A DNA stretch of 64,000 nucleotides, taken from Mizuhopecten yessoensis. Taxonomy: Eukaryota. This document shows, piece after piece, positions 1 through 12,981 of this stretch (position 1 is the first letter of the stretch; the number at the start of each line of letters is the position of its first letter). Where the stretch lies: the NCBI RefSeq assembly GCF_002113885.1, contig NW_018406268.1:1575-65574 (forward strand), given 5' to 3'. The notes below the pieces were generated by a model, which saw only the letters and a program-made list of their open reading frames with translations, was not told where the DNA came from and did not search any database. A program made the position numbers and the translations under genes.

Positions 1-450
1 GGTGATCAAATGATCATGCCCAACATGATAAGTCAACCACTGTAGGTCATCCTCATCGTTACTCACATCGGCACCTGCTTTAAGGCTCGGGTCGTATGAG
101 CTGAATTTCTTTATGACCAGCGCCGTTGGTCATTAATCTGTTCTTGTCCGAAAATCCGAAGCACTAGGAATAGTTTGCTGAACCTGAAGAGAGGACCAAG
201 AGCAGGAGCATATTGATTGTGTATTTTCTGCAAGTGACTTTCATTGGGTCACAGTATTCAAGATGGAGGGATCGTGAGGAATGACTTTGCACAGGAAGCG
301 AACGATCTGGAAATAGGCAAGTGTACGCCTGAAGGTCCGAATCCTCGTCTATAACAAATCAAAATATTATAAAAGCATGGCGTGTAAACCTTAGCACAGA
401 CAAATCATAAAACAACAAAATGTAAACTACCATGCATGCTTTAGGTTGAT

Positions 451-1011
451 TCATATTTGCTGTAATTCAATAAAATTAAATATATATGAAATGAAATAGT
501 ATAAAGGCGTTTTCAATGAATCAAATGTGTAAGAATATGTACCAATTTGTTCTTGATACGCCCTTCGTCTTTGTGATCTTCTGTTATCAGAGTTCCGGGA
601 CCTCAACCTTGCGGAACGTGAATTCGGGCAAGGTGTACCAACTGTAGACGGATTCTGCAGTGTCTTCCAGTGATGGCCACCTGCATCGCCGCGGCGTACC
701 CGAACTGCCTTCCCGTCATGCTTCATTGATGTAAGTGTTTCTTCCGTCAAACCGTCATAAACTCTTCGGACGGGAATATCTCTACGTTTTCCGAATCTCT
801 CCAGCATCTGAAACACCAACAGCCTCCTGTTATCAAGTGTGTACCAGACTCTACGGCTTTTGACGACCCTGATTTCTGGTATATTAGATATTTTAAGATG
901 TCCTGTCAACAGATCATCCAATGTTTCGCCGATTGGCTTATTGGGATGCCCAAAAACATTATTGATAGAATCCTGAGAAAAACGTATTTCACTCGGTCGT
1001 AGAGTCATCAT
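451..1011 (-). CDS. Gene A1: single ParB/Srx-like domain protein with R/S-rich basic tail (~186 aa if unspliced)
   Basis: MMTLRPSEIRFSQDSINNVF...IGETLDDLLTG...IPEIRVV...WYTLDNRRLLVF. ATG 1011 is homologous to the A3 start. It has an in-frame 12-nt deletion relative to A2/A3. The 3' end is uncertain (possible weak donor near 541). Confidence 0.7.
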   Translation of the reverse strand: MMTLRPSEIRFSQDSINNVFGHPNKPIGETLDDLLTGHLKISNIPEIRVVKSRRVWYTLDNRRLLVFQMLERFGKRRDIPVRRVYDGLTEETLTSMKHDGKAVRVRRGDAGGHHWKTLQNPSTVGTPCPNSRSARLRSRNSDNRRSQRRRAYQEQIGTYSYTFDSLKTPLYYFISYIFNFIELQQI

Positions 1012-2379
1012 TTCTCCCATTAGGACAATGTAAGTATGAATCACCCGTATTACAGAAATCTATGTATGGCTTTTAGGGATAAATATATATTAGTTACCCG
1101 GTATATGATAACGTCATTAATGATAGGAGATAAGATATATATTATCCATGATATAATTGTATAAAACGCATGCCCTCGGATAATTGATTTATATATATCT
1201 CCTATACAAGTATCATCTGATAAATTGATTTGATGTAGTATTATTGGCTATGAAATATGATAACTATCAGTAACTTTGACCTCTACGCGACATATATTTG
1301 ACTTGCAAAAGTAATGGGATATTCATTTCTTAAACAAAGTTTAGAAAATCACAGAATACTAATAGAAACATTTTATTGGTATTTGCTATTTTGAAAAAAG
1401 TCCCAACAGATTAGATTGGATTGAAAGTCTCATTGTCCTATATTCATACAAAAACACGGTACGCTCCATAAGCGTTTTACTTATGAAATGCATAGTATCA
1501 TGTGGTCTCTCTCATAGCAAAAATTTAATTACGAATTAATGATCTGAATCACCCTTGTATGACAATAACTAGATATGTGGATTGCTTAAGCTTTTGCGAG
1601 AATTTATCGCTAGACCTATGTAAATCCCATCGTCCTTCTTAGCAGGTTCCATGATGTATCTCATACGGCATATTTACATAAATCATATAAAAAAGCACGA
1701 ATCAACTTGACGGAGTTGGTGATTCTGGCATTAGTTTATGTCAGTAAATAATCTTAATGGTAAAGGATAATTTTATCTGAATAATTGGATAGTTGGATAG
1801 CAGAAATACTTGACAACTGTCTAATAAATAATTGAATAATTAGGTATAACAAATTGGGCATTTGTCATGGTATATGTTGATATCGTTTGTGATCAAACAG
1901 ATAATTATAAATCATATAATCAAATAAAGAAGGGGGATAACTCAAGAATTAATAATATCCTATATTGGAGCTCTTTTTTTGTGATTATAACTAGTGTAGT
2001 AGTGCTCTTTACCTTAAAGGAAAATGTCAGTGAAGGATAATGTACTGATAATTTGAATGGAGGATTACATGTAGTGAACTATTGTCTGTTGCTTGAACAA
2101 GTGATCAAATTTTCAAGATAGAAATATATAAATTAATAAAAATATTTAAATAAGAAAAACAGACCGGTACGGTTTATTTCTTGAAGGTGATCGTTTTATT
2201 CATATTAAGTCTTAGGGTATGCAAACATTGTTTTCATCTTATCATATAGGAAGTTGTCACTTATCATTACCTTACATTAATGTGTCTTTATGGAAAAGAA
2301 ACTTGATACAACTACGCCAAGGAACCAATGTATCAAATCACATATCAGATTTACCATTGATTGCCAGTGTTGATAACCA

Positions 2380-2705
2380 GTGGATATTTCAAACAAAAAC
2401 CACAAAAATGTGGGATATACTATAGTTATACCTTTTGTGTATAATCTAGTGTAAATGTATTATGTAAATTTTGTGTAAAATTTAAACAAAGAATAGAAAT
2501 AGTGTGATATATTATAACTATAACTTCTGTTTACAGTCTTCTGTAAAAATGTTAACATACTTTATGCATACTTTATGGATATTTCAACAAAAGTTAAACA
2601 AAATTGTGACATATTGTAGTTATTACTTCTGCGTTTAATATTTTGTAAAAGTGTTAATGTATTATGCCTATTTTGTAAAATAAAATATTAATACAAACAG
2701 TGTCA
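2380..2705. repeat. Degenerate ~78-bp AT-rich minisatellite, 4-5 units (paralogs ~21170-21510, ~43050-43460)
   Basis: Recurring gtaaa(a)tgt..tatg.atattttgt..a.att..aacaaaa..agaaa..gtg.cat units. Confidence 0.5.
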
Positions 2706-2989
2706 AAGTATTTACAGTTTAAGAATGATAAATATGTTTAAAAAAACAAATGCTTTAGTTACGGAACCCTTTAGATATTAAAAAAAACTGCTGTGGCATA
2801 TATATTTAGAGGAGTGTAAAGCAGTGTGAAATATTCATGGTATTGAATAATAACCTTTACCGGAAGTAATTGACTTTTACTTGCCACAATGAACAGGGTC
2901 ATTGCAACCTTTAACTACAATGATGAACGACAACATGTACGTTAAACTCACCTAAGACAAATGCTCTTTTGCCGAAAGTCTTTGGCCAA

Positions 2990-5900
2990 AGCTTGAATTT
3001 TTCAATTGACCTTGGTGTTGCAGCAATTCTCCTACGCATATAGCTGTCAGATCCCTCATTATCTCTGTGTTTTAGTCCTGACGTGACAAATGACCTCGGT
3101 GTAGCAGCACTCCTATCCAGATAGCTATCAGACCCCTTATTATCTTTGTGTTTTAGTCCTGACGTGACAATTGACCTCGGTGTTGCTGCACTCCTCCTCA
3201 ACGATGCATATCACAACCCTCAATATCTTTGTGTTTTAGTCCTGATGTGACAATTGACCTCGTTGTTGCAGCACTCCTACCCAGATAGCTGTCACATCCT
3301 CATTATCTTTGTGTTGTAGTTGAGACGTTTCAATTGACCTCGTTGTTGCAGCACTCCTCATAGTCCGATGCATATCACAACCCTCATTATCTTTGTGTTT
3401 TAGTCCTGATGTGACAATTGACCTCGTTGTTGCAGCACTCCTACCCGGATAGCTGTCAGATCCCTCAATATCTTTGTGTTTTAGTTGTGACGTTTCAATT
3501 GACCTCGGTGTTGCAGCACTCCTCCTTCTCCGATGCATATCAGCTCTCTCATTATTGTGACTTTCATTACTTGACGTGTCAACTGACTTCGGTGTTGTAG
3601 CAATAGTCCTTCTCCGATGCACATTAGATCCCTCATTATTGTGACTTCCATCACTTGGCGTGTCATTTGATCTCGGTGTTGCAGCAATTCTCCTTCTCCG
3701 ATGCATATCAGATCCCTCTTTATCTTTGTGTTTTAGTTGTGACGAGACAATTGACCTCGGTGTTGCAGCATCCATCCTACTCCGATGCATATCAGATCCC
3801 TTTTTATCTTTGTGTTTTAGTTGTGACGAGACAATTGACCTCGGTGTTGCAGCAATTTTCCTACCAAGATAGCTATCAGATTTCTCATTTACTTTGTGTT
3901 TTAGTTGTGAAGTGTCATTTGACCTCGGTGTTGCAGCAATTCTCCTACTCAGATCGTTATCAGTTTCCTCATTATCTTTGTGTTTTAGTTGGGAGGTGTC
4001 ATTTGACCTCGGTGTTGCAGCACTCCTACCCAGATAGCTATCAGATCTCTCATTAACTTTGTGTTTTAGTTGTGACGTGTCATTTGACCTCGTTGTTGCA
4101 GCAATTATCCTACTCAGATAGCTATCAGTTTCCTCATTATCTTTGTGTTGTAGTTGAGACGTTTCAATTGACCTCGTTGTTGCAGCACTCCTCCTAGTCC
4201 GATACATATCATAACCCTCATTATCATTGTGTTTTAGTTCTGATGTGACAATTGACCTCTTTGTTGCAGCACTCCTACCCAGATAGCTGTCAGATCCCTC
4301 AATATATTTGTGTTTTAGTTGTGACGTTTCAATTGACCTCGGTGTTGCAGCACTCCTCCTACCCAGATAGATATCAGATTACTCATTATTGTGACTTTCA
4401 TCACTTGACGTGTCATTTGTCCTCGGTCTTGCAGCAGTCCTCTTACCCAGATAGATATAAGATCCCTCATTATCTTTGTGTTTTAGTTGTGACGTGCCAT
4501 TTGACTTCGGTGTTGTAGCAATAGTCCTTCTCCGATGCATGATAGAATCCTCATTACTGTGACTTCCATCACTTGAGGTGTCATTTGATTTCGGTGTTGC
4601 AGCACTCCTCATAGTCCGATGCATATCACAACCCTCATTATCTTTGTGTTTTAGTTGTGACGTGCCATTTGACTTCGGTGTTGTAGCAATAGTCCTTCTC
4701 CGATGCATGATAGAATCCTCATTATTGTGACTTCCATCACTTGACGTGTCATTTGATTTCGGTGTTGCAGCACTCCTCCTACCCAGATAGATATCAGATT
4801 CCTCATTATTGTGACTTTCATCACTTGACGTGTCATTTGACTTCGGTGTTGTAGCAATAGTCCTTCTCCGATGCATGATAGAATCCTCATTATTGAGACT
4901 TTCATCACTTGACGTGTCATTTGACTTCGGTGTTGCAGCAATTCTCCTACTCAGATCGCTATCAGTTTCCTCATTATCTTTGTGTTTTAGTTGTGAGGTG
5001 ACAATTGATCTCTTTGTTGCAGCACTCCTACCCAGATAGCAGTCAGATCGCTCAATATATTTGTGTTTTAGTTGTGACTTTTCAATTGACCTCGGTGTTG
5101 CAGCACTCCTCCTACTCCGCTGCATATCAGCTCCCTCATTATTGTGACTTTCATTACTTGACGTGTCAATTGACTTCGGTGTTGTAGCACTAGTCCTTCT
5201 CCGATGCATGATAGAATCCTCATTATTGTGACTTCCATCACTTGACGTGTCATTTGATCTCGGTGTTGCAGCAGTCCTCCTATCCAGATAGATATCAGAT
5301 TCCTCATTATTGTGACTTTCATCACTAGACGGGTCATTTGACCTCGGTGTTGCAGCACTCCTCCTTCTCCGATGCATATCAGCTCTCTCATTATTGTGAC
5401 TTTCATTACTTGACGTGTCAATTGACTTCGGTGTTGTAGCACTAGTCCTTCTCCGATGCATGATAGAATCCTCATTATTGTTACTTCCATCACTTGACGT
5501 GTCATTTGACATCGGTGTTGCGGCAGTCCTCCCACCCAGATAGATATCAGATCCCTAATTATCTTTGTGTTTTAGTTGTGACGAGACCATTGACCTCGGT
5601 GTTGCAGCACTCATCCTACTCCGATGCATAGCAGATCCCTCCTTATCTTTTTGTTTTAGTTGTGACGAGACAATTGCCCTCGGTGTTGCAGCACTCCTCC
5701 TACTCCGATGTATATCAGCTCCCTCATTATTGTTACTTTCATTACTTGACGTGTCAATTGACTTCGGTGTTGTAGCACTAGTCCTTCTCCGATGCATGAT
5801 AGAATCCTCATTATTTTGACTTCCATCACTTGACGTGTCATTTGATTTCGGTGTTCCAGCACTCCTCCTACCCAGATAGATATCAGATTCCGACGAGACA

Positions 5901-7850
5901 ATTGACCTCGGTGTTGAAGCACTCATCCTACTCCGATGCATAGCAGATCCCTCCTTATCTTTTTGTTTTAGTTGTGACGAGACAATTGACCTCGGTGTTG
6001 CAGTGTCATTTGACCTCGGTGTTGCAGCACTCCTACCCAGATAGCTGCCAGGTCCCTCAATATCTTTGTGTTTTAGTTGTGACATTTCAATTGACCTCGG
6101 TGTTGCAGCACTCCTCCTACTCCGCTGCATATCAGCTCCCTCATTATTGTGACTTTCATTACTTGACGTGTCAATTGACTTCGGTGTTGTAGCACTAGTC
6201 CTTCTCCGATGCATGATAGAATCCTCATTATTGTGACTTCCATCTCTTGACGTGTCATTTGATCTCGGTGTTGCAGCAGTCCTCCTATCCAGATAGATAT
6301 CAGATTCCTCATTATTGTGACTTTCATCAGTTGACGTGTCATTTGACCACGGTCTTGCAGCAGTCCTCTTACCCAGATAGATATAAGCTCCCTCCTTATC
6401 TTTGTGTTTTAGTTGTGACGCGACAATTGACCTCGGTGTTGCAGCACTCCTACCCAGATAGCAGTCAGATCGCTCAATATATTTGTGTTTTAGTTGTGAC
6501 GTTTCAATTGACCTCGGTGTTGCAGCACTCCTCCTTCTCCGATGCATATCAGCTCTCTCATTATTGTGACTTTCATTACTTGACGTGTCAATTGACTTCG
6601 GTGTTGTATCAATAGTCCTTCTCCGATGCATGATAGAATCCTCATTATTGTGACTTCCATCTCTTGACGTGTCATTTGATCTCGGTGTTGCAGCAGTCCT
6701 CCTACCCAGATAGATATAAGATCCCTCATTATCTTTGTGTTTCTTTGTGTTTTAGTTGTGACGAGACCATTGACCTCGGTGTTGCAGCACTCATCCTACT
6801 CCGATGCATAGCAGATCCCTCCTTATCTTTTTGTTTTAGTTGTGACGAGACAATTGACCTCGGTGTTGCAGCACTCCTCCTACCCAGATAGCTATCAGAT
6901 CTCTCATTAACTTTGTGTTTTAGTTGTGAAGTGTCATTTGAACTCGGTGTTGCAGCAATTCTCCTACTCAGATCGCTATCAGTTTCCTCATTATCTTTGT
7001 GTTTTAGTTGTGACGTGTCAATTGACTTCTGTGTTGCAGCAATCTTCCTACTCAGATAGCTGTCAGATCCCTCATTACCTTTGTGTTTTAGTTGTGACGT
7101 GTAATTTGACCGCGGTGTTGCAGCAATTCTCCTACTTCGATGCATATCAGATTCCTCATTATTGAGACTATCATCACTTGACGTGTCAATTGACTTCGAT
7201 GTTGTAGTAATAGTCCTTCTCCGATGCATGATAGAATCCTCATTATTTTGACTTCCATCACTTGACGTGTCATTTGACATCGGTGTTGCGGCAGTCCTCC
7301 TACCCAGATAGATATCAGATCCCTAATTATCTTTGTGTTTTAGTTGTGACGAGACAATTGACCTCGGTGTTGCAGCACTCCTCCTACCCAGATAGCAATC
7401 AGATCCTTCATCATCTTTGTGACTTTCACCACTTGATGTGTCGTTTGACCACGGTGTTGCAGCACTATCAGATGAGATATGGTCAACTTTCCAACGTCTC
7501 CAATATCTACCCTCTGGATCGCCCCGTACACGAATATCTGTCCCATCATTTTATGTTGTTAATTTTTTCCGGGGGATCCTATGATGACCTTTTTGTACCG
7601 GAATTACGGTACATTGTCCAAGCTCTTCGAGGTTCCGAAACACCCACAATCTCCTATTATCGGCCGAAAACCAGATTTCATTCCTTTTGACAACAGTTAT
7701 AGGCAGTATGTCCGATATACTACACTTTCCTGTCAAAAGGGCGTCCAATGTTTCACCGATATGTGTATCGGCATGAATGGATTTTTTGTAGAATACATTG
7801 TTGATAGAATCCTGACTAAATCGTATTTCACTCGGTCGAAGTTTTAACAT
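2990..7850 (-). pseudogene. Gene B1: ParB/Srx-like domain + ~50 basic 28-aa repeats, disrupted
   Basis: MLKLRPSEIRFSQDSI...ADNRRLWVF from ATG 7850. AAA>TAA at 7553-7551; the frame continues NDGTDIRVRGDPEG. TAG at 7325-7323 and 5557-5555, a 10-bp duplication frameshift at ~6732-6751, and TAA at 4381-4379. The C-terminal tail is deleted and the repeat is joined to the 3' flank at ~3000. Confidence 0.85.
3000..7465. repeat. Coding-derived 84-bp (some 81-bp) tandem repeat, ~50+ units with higher-order blocks
   Basis: ttgacctcggtgttgcagca recurs about every 84 bp; the minus-strand translation is SAATPRSNDTSQLKHKDNEGSDxYLGRR-like. Confidence 0.95.
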
Positions 7851-7891
7851 TTTCTCGCTGCCTGACAATGTAAATCAAGATCAATGCATTA

Positions 7892-7959
7892 CTTATATAT
7901 ATATATTTGTCATCCAAGGACTATACCAATGTCATTTTGCTTCAGGTTCAATGACGTCA
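7892..7959 (-). promoter_or_regulatory. Putative B promoter: CRE palindrome TGACGTCA (7952-7959) and TATA-like box ~45 bp upstream of the ATG (CRE also at 47731-47738 in B3)
   Basis: Motif match; position conserved in B1 and B3; A genes have TGACGTTA at a similar offset. Confidence 0.45.
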
Positions 7960-8434
7960 TTCAGGATCAAACGTACACTGTACCAAGATTAATGGCACTT
8001 CTTATTTTTTGTTGAATTATATCTTATCATATATTTCTATTCGTTAGTATTTTTTAGGATTAAAACGTTTCGAAATGATGACTTGATCCACATTTGACAT
8101 GTTGTCCCCTTGATTATGCAATGGTATATCACACTTTATTGAGATAGGCTAGTCTAAATAAACATACTGTTGAACACGTAACTTTATTTAAATGTGTTGG
8201 AAACGTTCCAAAAGACACCGATACAATATTTCAGCCCAGTCCATTGTCACCAGATACGTCAAAAGATACACTATATGACTGTGCTGTGTGTGTATTTTTT
8301 TTAGACCCAGTTGTGCAAGCCTTATGAGATATTTAGTATTTTCTGTCTGTTCGCGGAAGGTGGTATTGTGATCTGCTTAGCGACAATTGCTATATTGATA
8401 TTTAAAGTAATACATACACACTTCACATTTTAGT

Positions 8435-9445
8435 AAAACAACAGGCCAAACAGGCCTACATCGCTCACCTGGTATTAATCTCTCACTTGTAACCTAAAAT
8501 TTGACTAAAATCTATGACTGTAAGTCATTCAAAAATAAATGTTAAAAGATTGAAACATATATGACCCCTGTGATTTTAAAAGTCTAACAATGTAATGAAG
8601 TTTAAAAGACTTTATAGCCCATCATCTCGGCATGCAACTTGCAAAATATCACCACCGTAGATCTTTTGTTTATTGAGATAAATATTTTTACACATATGGC
8701 AATATGTTACGGTGAACTTAAAGTCTTAGCATGTTACTTGCAAATTATCATTATTTTGGGCCTTTATGTTCCTCAAAAAATCTCCTTTAAATGTTTTAAA
8801 GACAACAAACTCCTATGACCTTAAATATAAGTCGTGGTAATTCATTTAATCAAACTTGGTATCACTTCATACCAACATGTTACTTGCCAAATGTCATCAT
8901 CCTGGACCTTCTAGTTATTAAGAAGAGGTTGTTTATATGTTTTAAATATACGCAAAGGTCATTCATTTGCGCAAACTTGACAGTCCTTAATCCAAGCATG
9001 CTTCTGACGAAATATCATCACCCTAAGCCTCTTGGTTCTTGCAAAGAAATCGTTTAAAGTAAAAGGTTGACACCGGACTGACGACGGACTGACTGACAGA
9101 CAGACAACCAGAAAGACAGACAATAATCTTCCTGATCCTTTTGGTTATGCAAAAGAAGTCATTCAAAGATTTTAAACATATATGACCCATTTAACCTTGA
9201 ATATAAGTCAAGGTAATTCATTTTAACAAAGTTGGTAGCCCCTCATCCAAACATAATACTGGCTAAATATCAGCATCCTGGGACTTCCATGCTATTCATG
9301 CATATTGTTTAAACAAATGTTTTTAAAATAATTGACCCATGTGACCTTGAATATCAGTAAAAGGCATTCATTTTATTCAGAAAAAGTTGTTAAAGTAAAA
9401 AGTTGACACCGGACGGACGAAGGCCACCGCTTTTCGGGCCAAGTT
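8435..9445. mobile_element. Non-autonomous Helitron/Helentron-like (HINE-type) element with internal ~150-bp subrepeats and GACG/GACA microsatellite
   Basis: Starts aacaacaggccaaacaggcctacatcgctcacctgg; internal tgaccc.tgtgaccttgaa...caaacttgg repeats; gacggac(a/t)gac and ggacggacga tracts. Family assignment is from recalled bivalve repeat architecture. Confidence 0.6.
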
Positions 9446-10155
9446 AGATACAAAACCTGACACAAAACTTTATATACAGAGGAAGTAAATGTTCGGGCCT
9501 AGAATATTCCTTTCAATGTATTTAATTGTAGAGTGCAATGTTTTTTCGTGTTATGGTCAGAGCTCAGATATTTCTTCACTTTTAATAATTAATATCATAT
9601 TGGCACATACAGAGGTACCTCTAATACAATCTAACCATACAATTCCTAGGACAATAACGTTAACCTTGCATACATAATAATTTTTCATTTTTTTTTTTTT
9701 TAAATGAACAAAAATCAATTCAAATTATTTTGATTTTACAGCAGGTTTATTTCACAAAAATTATAATTGTTTAAAAATTAGAAACATAAAATAATTATTT
9801 AAAGCACTGTAACAGTCCATATATTAATGCTGAGTCTTGTTATTTCACATGTGTTTCATTTCGATTATATTAGTGTCAAGCATAAACTGAAACACAATCT
9901 CTTTAATGACAGACAATTATATGCCCGTCTCTTATTTCAGTTCACATATACGTACATTGTAAAAAATGTTTTAACAAAAAGATAAAAATCTATCTTAATA
10001 TAAACCAAAATACATACCCACAAATGATACGCACTACTGCATTCATCACAAAGGTTGTAAAATATACACCTAACGTTGTTTAATCTGCATACAGTAGAAG
10101 TGTACACTATATATTTTGACAATGTACGACCTAAAAATATTATATGATATGCAAC

Positions 10156-10192
10156 TTCTGGGAACCAGCACGCTAGTTGTAGTTTCATTTTC
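10156..10192. promoter_or_regulatory. GAS (TTCTGGGAA, 10156-10164) + ISRE (AGTTTCATTTTC, 10181-10192) pair upstream of gene B
   Basis: Exact consensus matches. Both are kept at 31734-31770; GAS only at 51090-51098. Confidence 0.35.
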
Positions 10193-11601
10193 GGTAATTC
10201 TTGATATAGTAGCATCGTTAGTATATCTTCGCTCGTGAAAACACAAGACAGCACTACCCAATATACATTTTATGTTTATACATTCCTACCTGACTCAATG
10301 TAACAATGTAACGACTAGATACACGCTAATAATTACCCAAGGTCATACTTCTACTTAGTATATGCCATCCTCACCCGTGTTAGTGTATTTAAGACGAAAA
10401 AAAACAAAAGTTTTACCCAAGTGATGTAATTTGAAACTAACTACATACCATCTTTAATCTTTACTAAAGTTAATTTATTTTGATACTAGATATTAATCAT
10501 GTTTGTAAAAAACATAAGGCTTGTTTACCCGTCCCTCTAAGATTTTATAGCATAGCTGTATTTGAATAATTGGAAAAATAATGTTTAACCTGAAACCTAT
10601 TTGCCCAGTGCATGTAAATGTATTTCGATACTAAAATACATTCTTGTTGTATTTTTGCCATATTGATTGTGTAAAATCAAACGAGATACATGTCATAATT
10701 TCCCAAATTAATGTATTTTCAATACTGGATCTATGCCACCTTTAGCGAAGTGAATATACCTTAACACAAGATGCACACTATCTTTACAAACATGAAAAAA
10801 CTTCAATTCACAAAATATATTAAATTGCATAAGTTCCACTACTACATTCCATTATCCGATAATTGGCTGATCATTGATCACATTATCACAGCTCTGTAAT
10901 ATACACTTTACTCATTATTAATTTGAGATTATCCATTACTCCTTTATCTAATTCATGTAATTGAAGGGTTTTATGAAACTCTCCTTCTGTTAGACCTTTT
11001 TGGATTTAGGCCTTGTGGGATCCCTTACCTCACCGATGAGTCCTAGTAGAACGAAATAGCTTAACGGTGCATTTTTTGGCTTACTGTATCTGTTACCATA
11101 TTGTATAGGTGCACTCCCTTTATGCTAACAGAGAAGAGGATATTTATACACTATTCCTCAACTATCAATAACTTCTTGTATTCAAATCTTTTTCCTGAAC
11201 TGGTAAAATAACCACCGCTTAGAACCGGGAACATTTCAAAAATTATTAACGAGGAAGGTCAAGGACGTCGAGGATTAATTTTACTATTTGATAATACATA
11301 TATGAACTCCAATGATCTCACCAATAAATACTTGTTTTACTTGAGAAATGTATGTTCTCTCAAAGCAAAAAAGGCATTGTTTAGATTTAATACTTTTTTA
11401 TTGCCATAATGCAACTGAATTTGGCACAAGTCATACAATTTATATAACGCTCTTTCCATAAATATAACAATCATATATACAACAAACTTACAAGATGGCA
11501 CCCTCAAAATTACTTTACAAATAAGTTATCGAAATGACAAATTGACGTACATGCGTTCACTCATTCACACACCAATACACACAAACTCACACGCGTTTAT
11601 A

Positions 11602-11827
11602 NNNNNNNNNNNNNNNNNNNNNNNNNNNNNNNNNNNNNNNNNNNNNNNNNNNNNNNNNNNNNNNNNNNNNNNNNNNNNNNNNNNNNNNNNNNNNNNNNNN
11701 NNNNNNNNNNNNNNNNNNNNNNNNNNNNNNNNNNNNNNNNNNNNNNNNNNNNNNNNNNNNNNNNNNNNNNNNNNNNNNNNNNNNNNNNNNNNNNNNNNNN
11801 NNNNNNNNNNNNNNNNNNNNNNNNNNN
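11602..11827. other. Assembly gap (226 N)
   Basis: N run; the paralogous interval 33206-33333 contains a (TG)n(AG)n microsatellite. Confidence 0.99.
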
Positions 11828-12981
11828 CTCGGACCATGTAGTTGATCTTTCTCCATGCAAACGGAACTAGTGATAATCTGTTCGCTGTTCATAACGTTCT
11901 GCTGTTCAATTGTTTATCACTTTCCGTGCTAATAACGTCCTCTGGTTCACTCCTTACTTGCTGGTATTTCCGTTAACACTAGTCCGCCTGCATAGAAATA
12001 AAGACCAAGCACAAGGTCCAAATACATATTCGCATACAATCATATCTATAACGCGACTGTATAAAATACTATGATAATCGGAAATCGATAGACATATGAG
12101 AGAGGGAAAGGAGGGAGGAGAGAGGGGTTGTAATGAACATCGATTAGAATCATGAATATATCGCTGAGTGTGCATGAAAATCCCAATGTTCTTTTGTTCC
12201 GAATGATTTTTATCGCCAATAAAAGATGTAGGTTCAAGGTATGAGGTAGTTACGCCAACGATACAGTTTAGCTTAAGGCATTTTATGCATTTACGGCATT
12301 GACATTTCGTCTTAACATTTGTTATACAGTATTTTATTTTTAGACATAAATTGGAATATTAAGAATATTGTAAATGAAATACTTAATAACTAATCATCAT
12401 GTAAATCTTAAACCAAAGGTTAATCTATCACATAATTCATTAAATCAAATTAAAACGTAATTACAAATATAAGTATAGAATAAGAAGAAATATATCACAG
12501 ATTTATATGAATCAAAAATATCACAGAATACACAATAAATGAAATGTTATTAAATAAAATGGTATGTGGCATATTTGCATATTGTATGCTAGCAAAACGA
12601 ACGGTAAAAAGTAAGCGTTATCTAAAATGCACACATGTTACATGTGGTATCAAAGTATAGGTAAATATCACATACGCATTATACCTACGTTGTTTTTAAT
12701 TACATATGTCACGCGCATGTTATGAAATATATATAGGACATATATTCTAGTTTGCTTCTAACATATTAATATGTTATATTTGATCTTTTTTTAATTATAT
12801 GCTTAAGTTTTATCATTATCATGTATGTGCTTACAAATACCACAAACTCCTTCATTTATAATAAGAACAGACTCGTGAAATCATTTCTATAAATGGATAT
12901 GATAGTTATCACCGTTATCGCATAGTTTAATTTTGTAATTTTTGCTTGTATATTACGGAACTGACCACATACTGAGTTTTA

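Noticed and set aside
3000-7465. CRISPR-like periodicity (conserved ~20-mer every 84 bp)
   Set aside because: The intervening sequences are homologous to each other and codon-structured, there are no cas genes, and the context is eukaryotic
3418-7690. Many + strand and alternate-frame ORFs over the B1 and B3 repeats
   Set aside because: Shadow frames of the tandem repeat
7851-7868. MSGSEK/MSGIEK N-termini of the B ORFs and upstream extensions of the A ORFs
   Set aside because: The B extensions start at TTG, a prokaryotic-caller artefact, and the A extensions are not conserved among copies; the conserved ATG lies just before xxLRPSE
9937-10261. ORFs repeated across units (also 13962-14279, 14484-14711, 16449-16679, 56470-56717)
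   Set aside because: Recurrence reflects the segmental duplication; frames break between copies and no domain is recognisable
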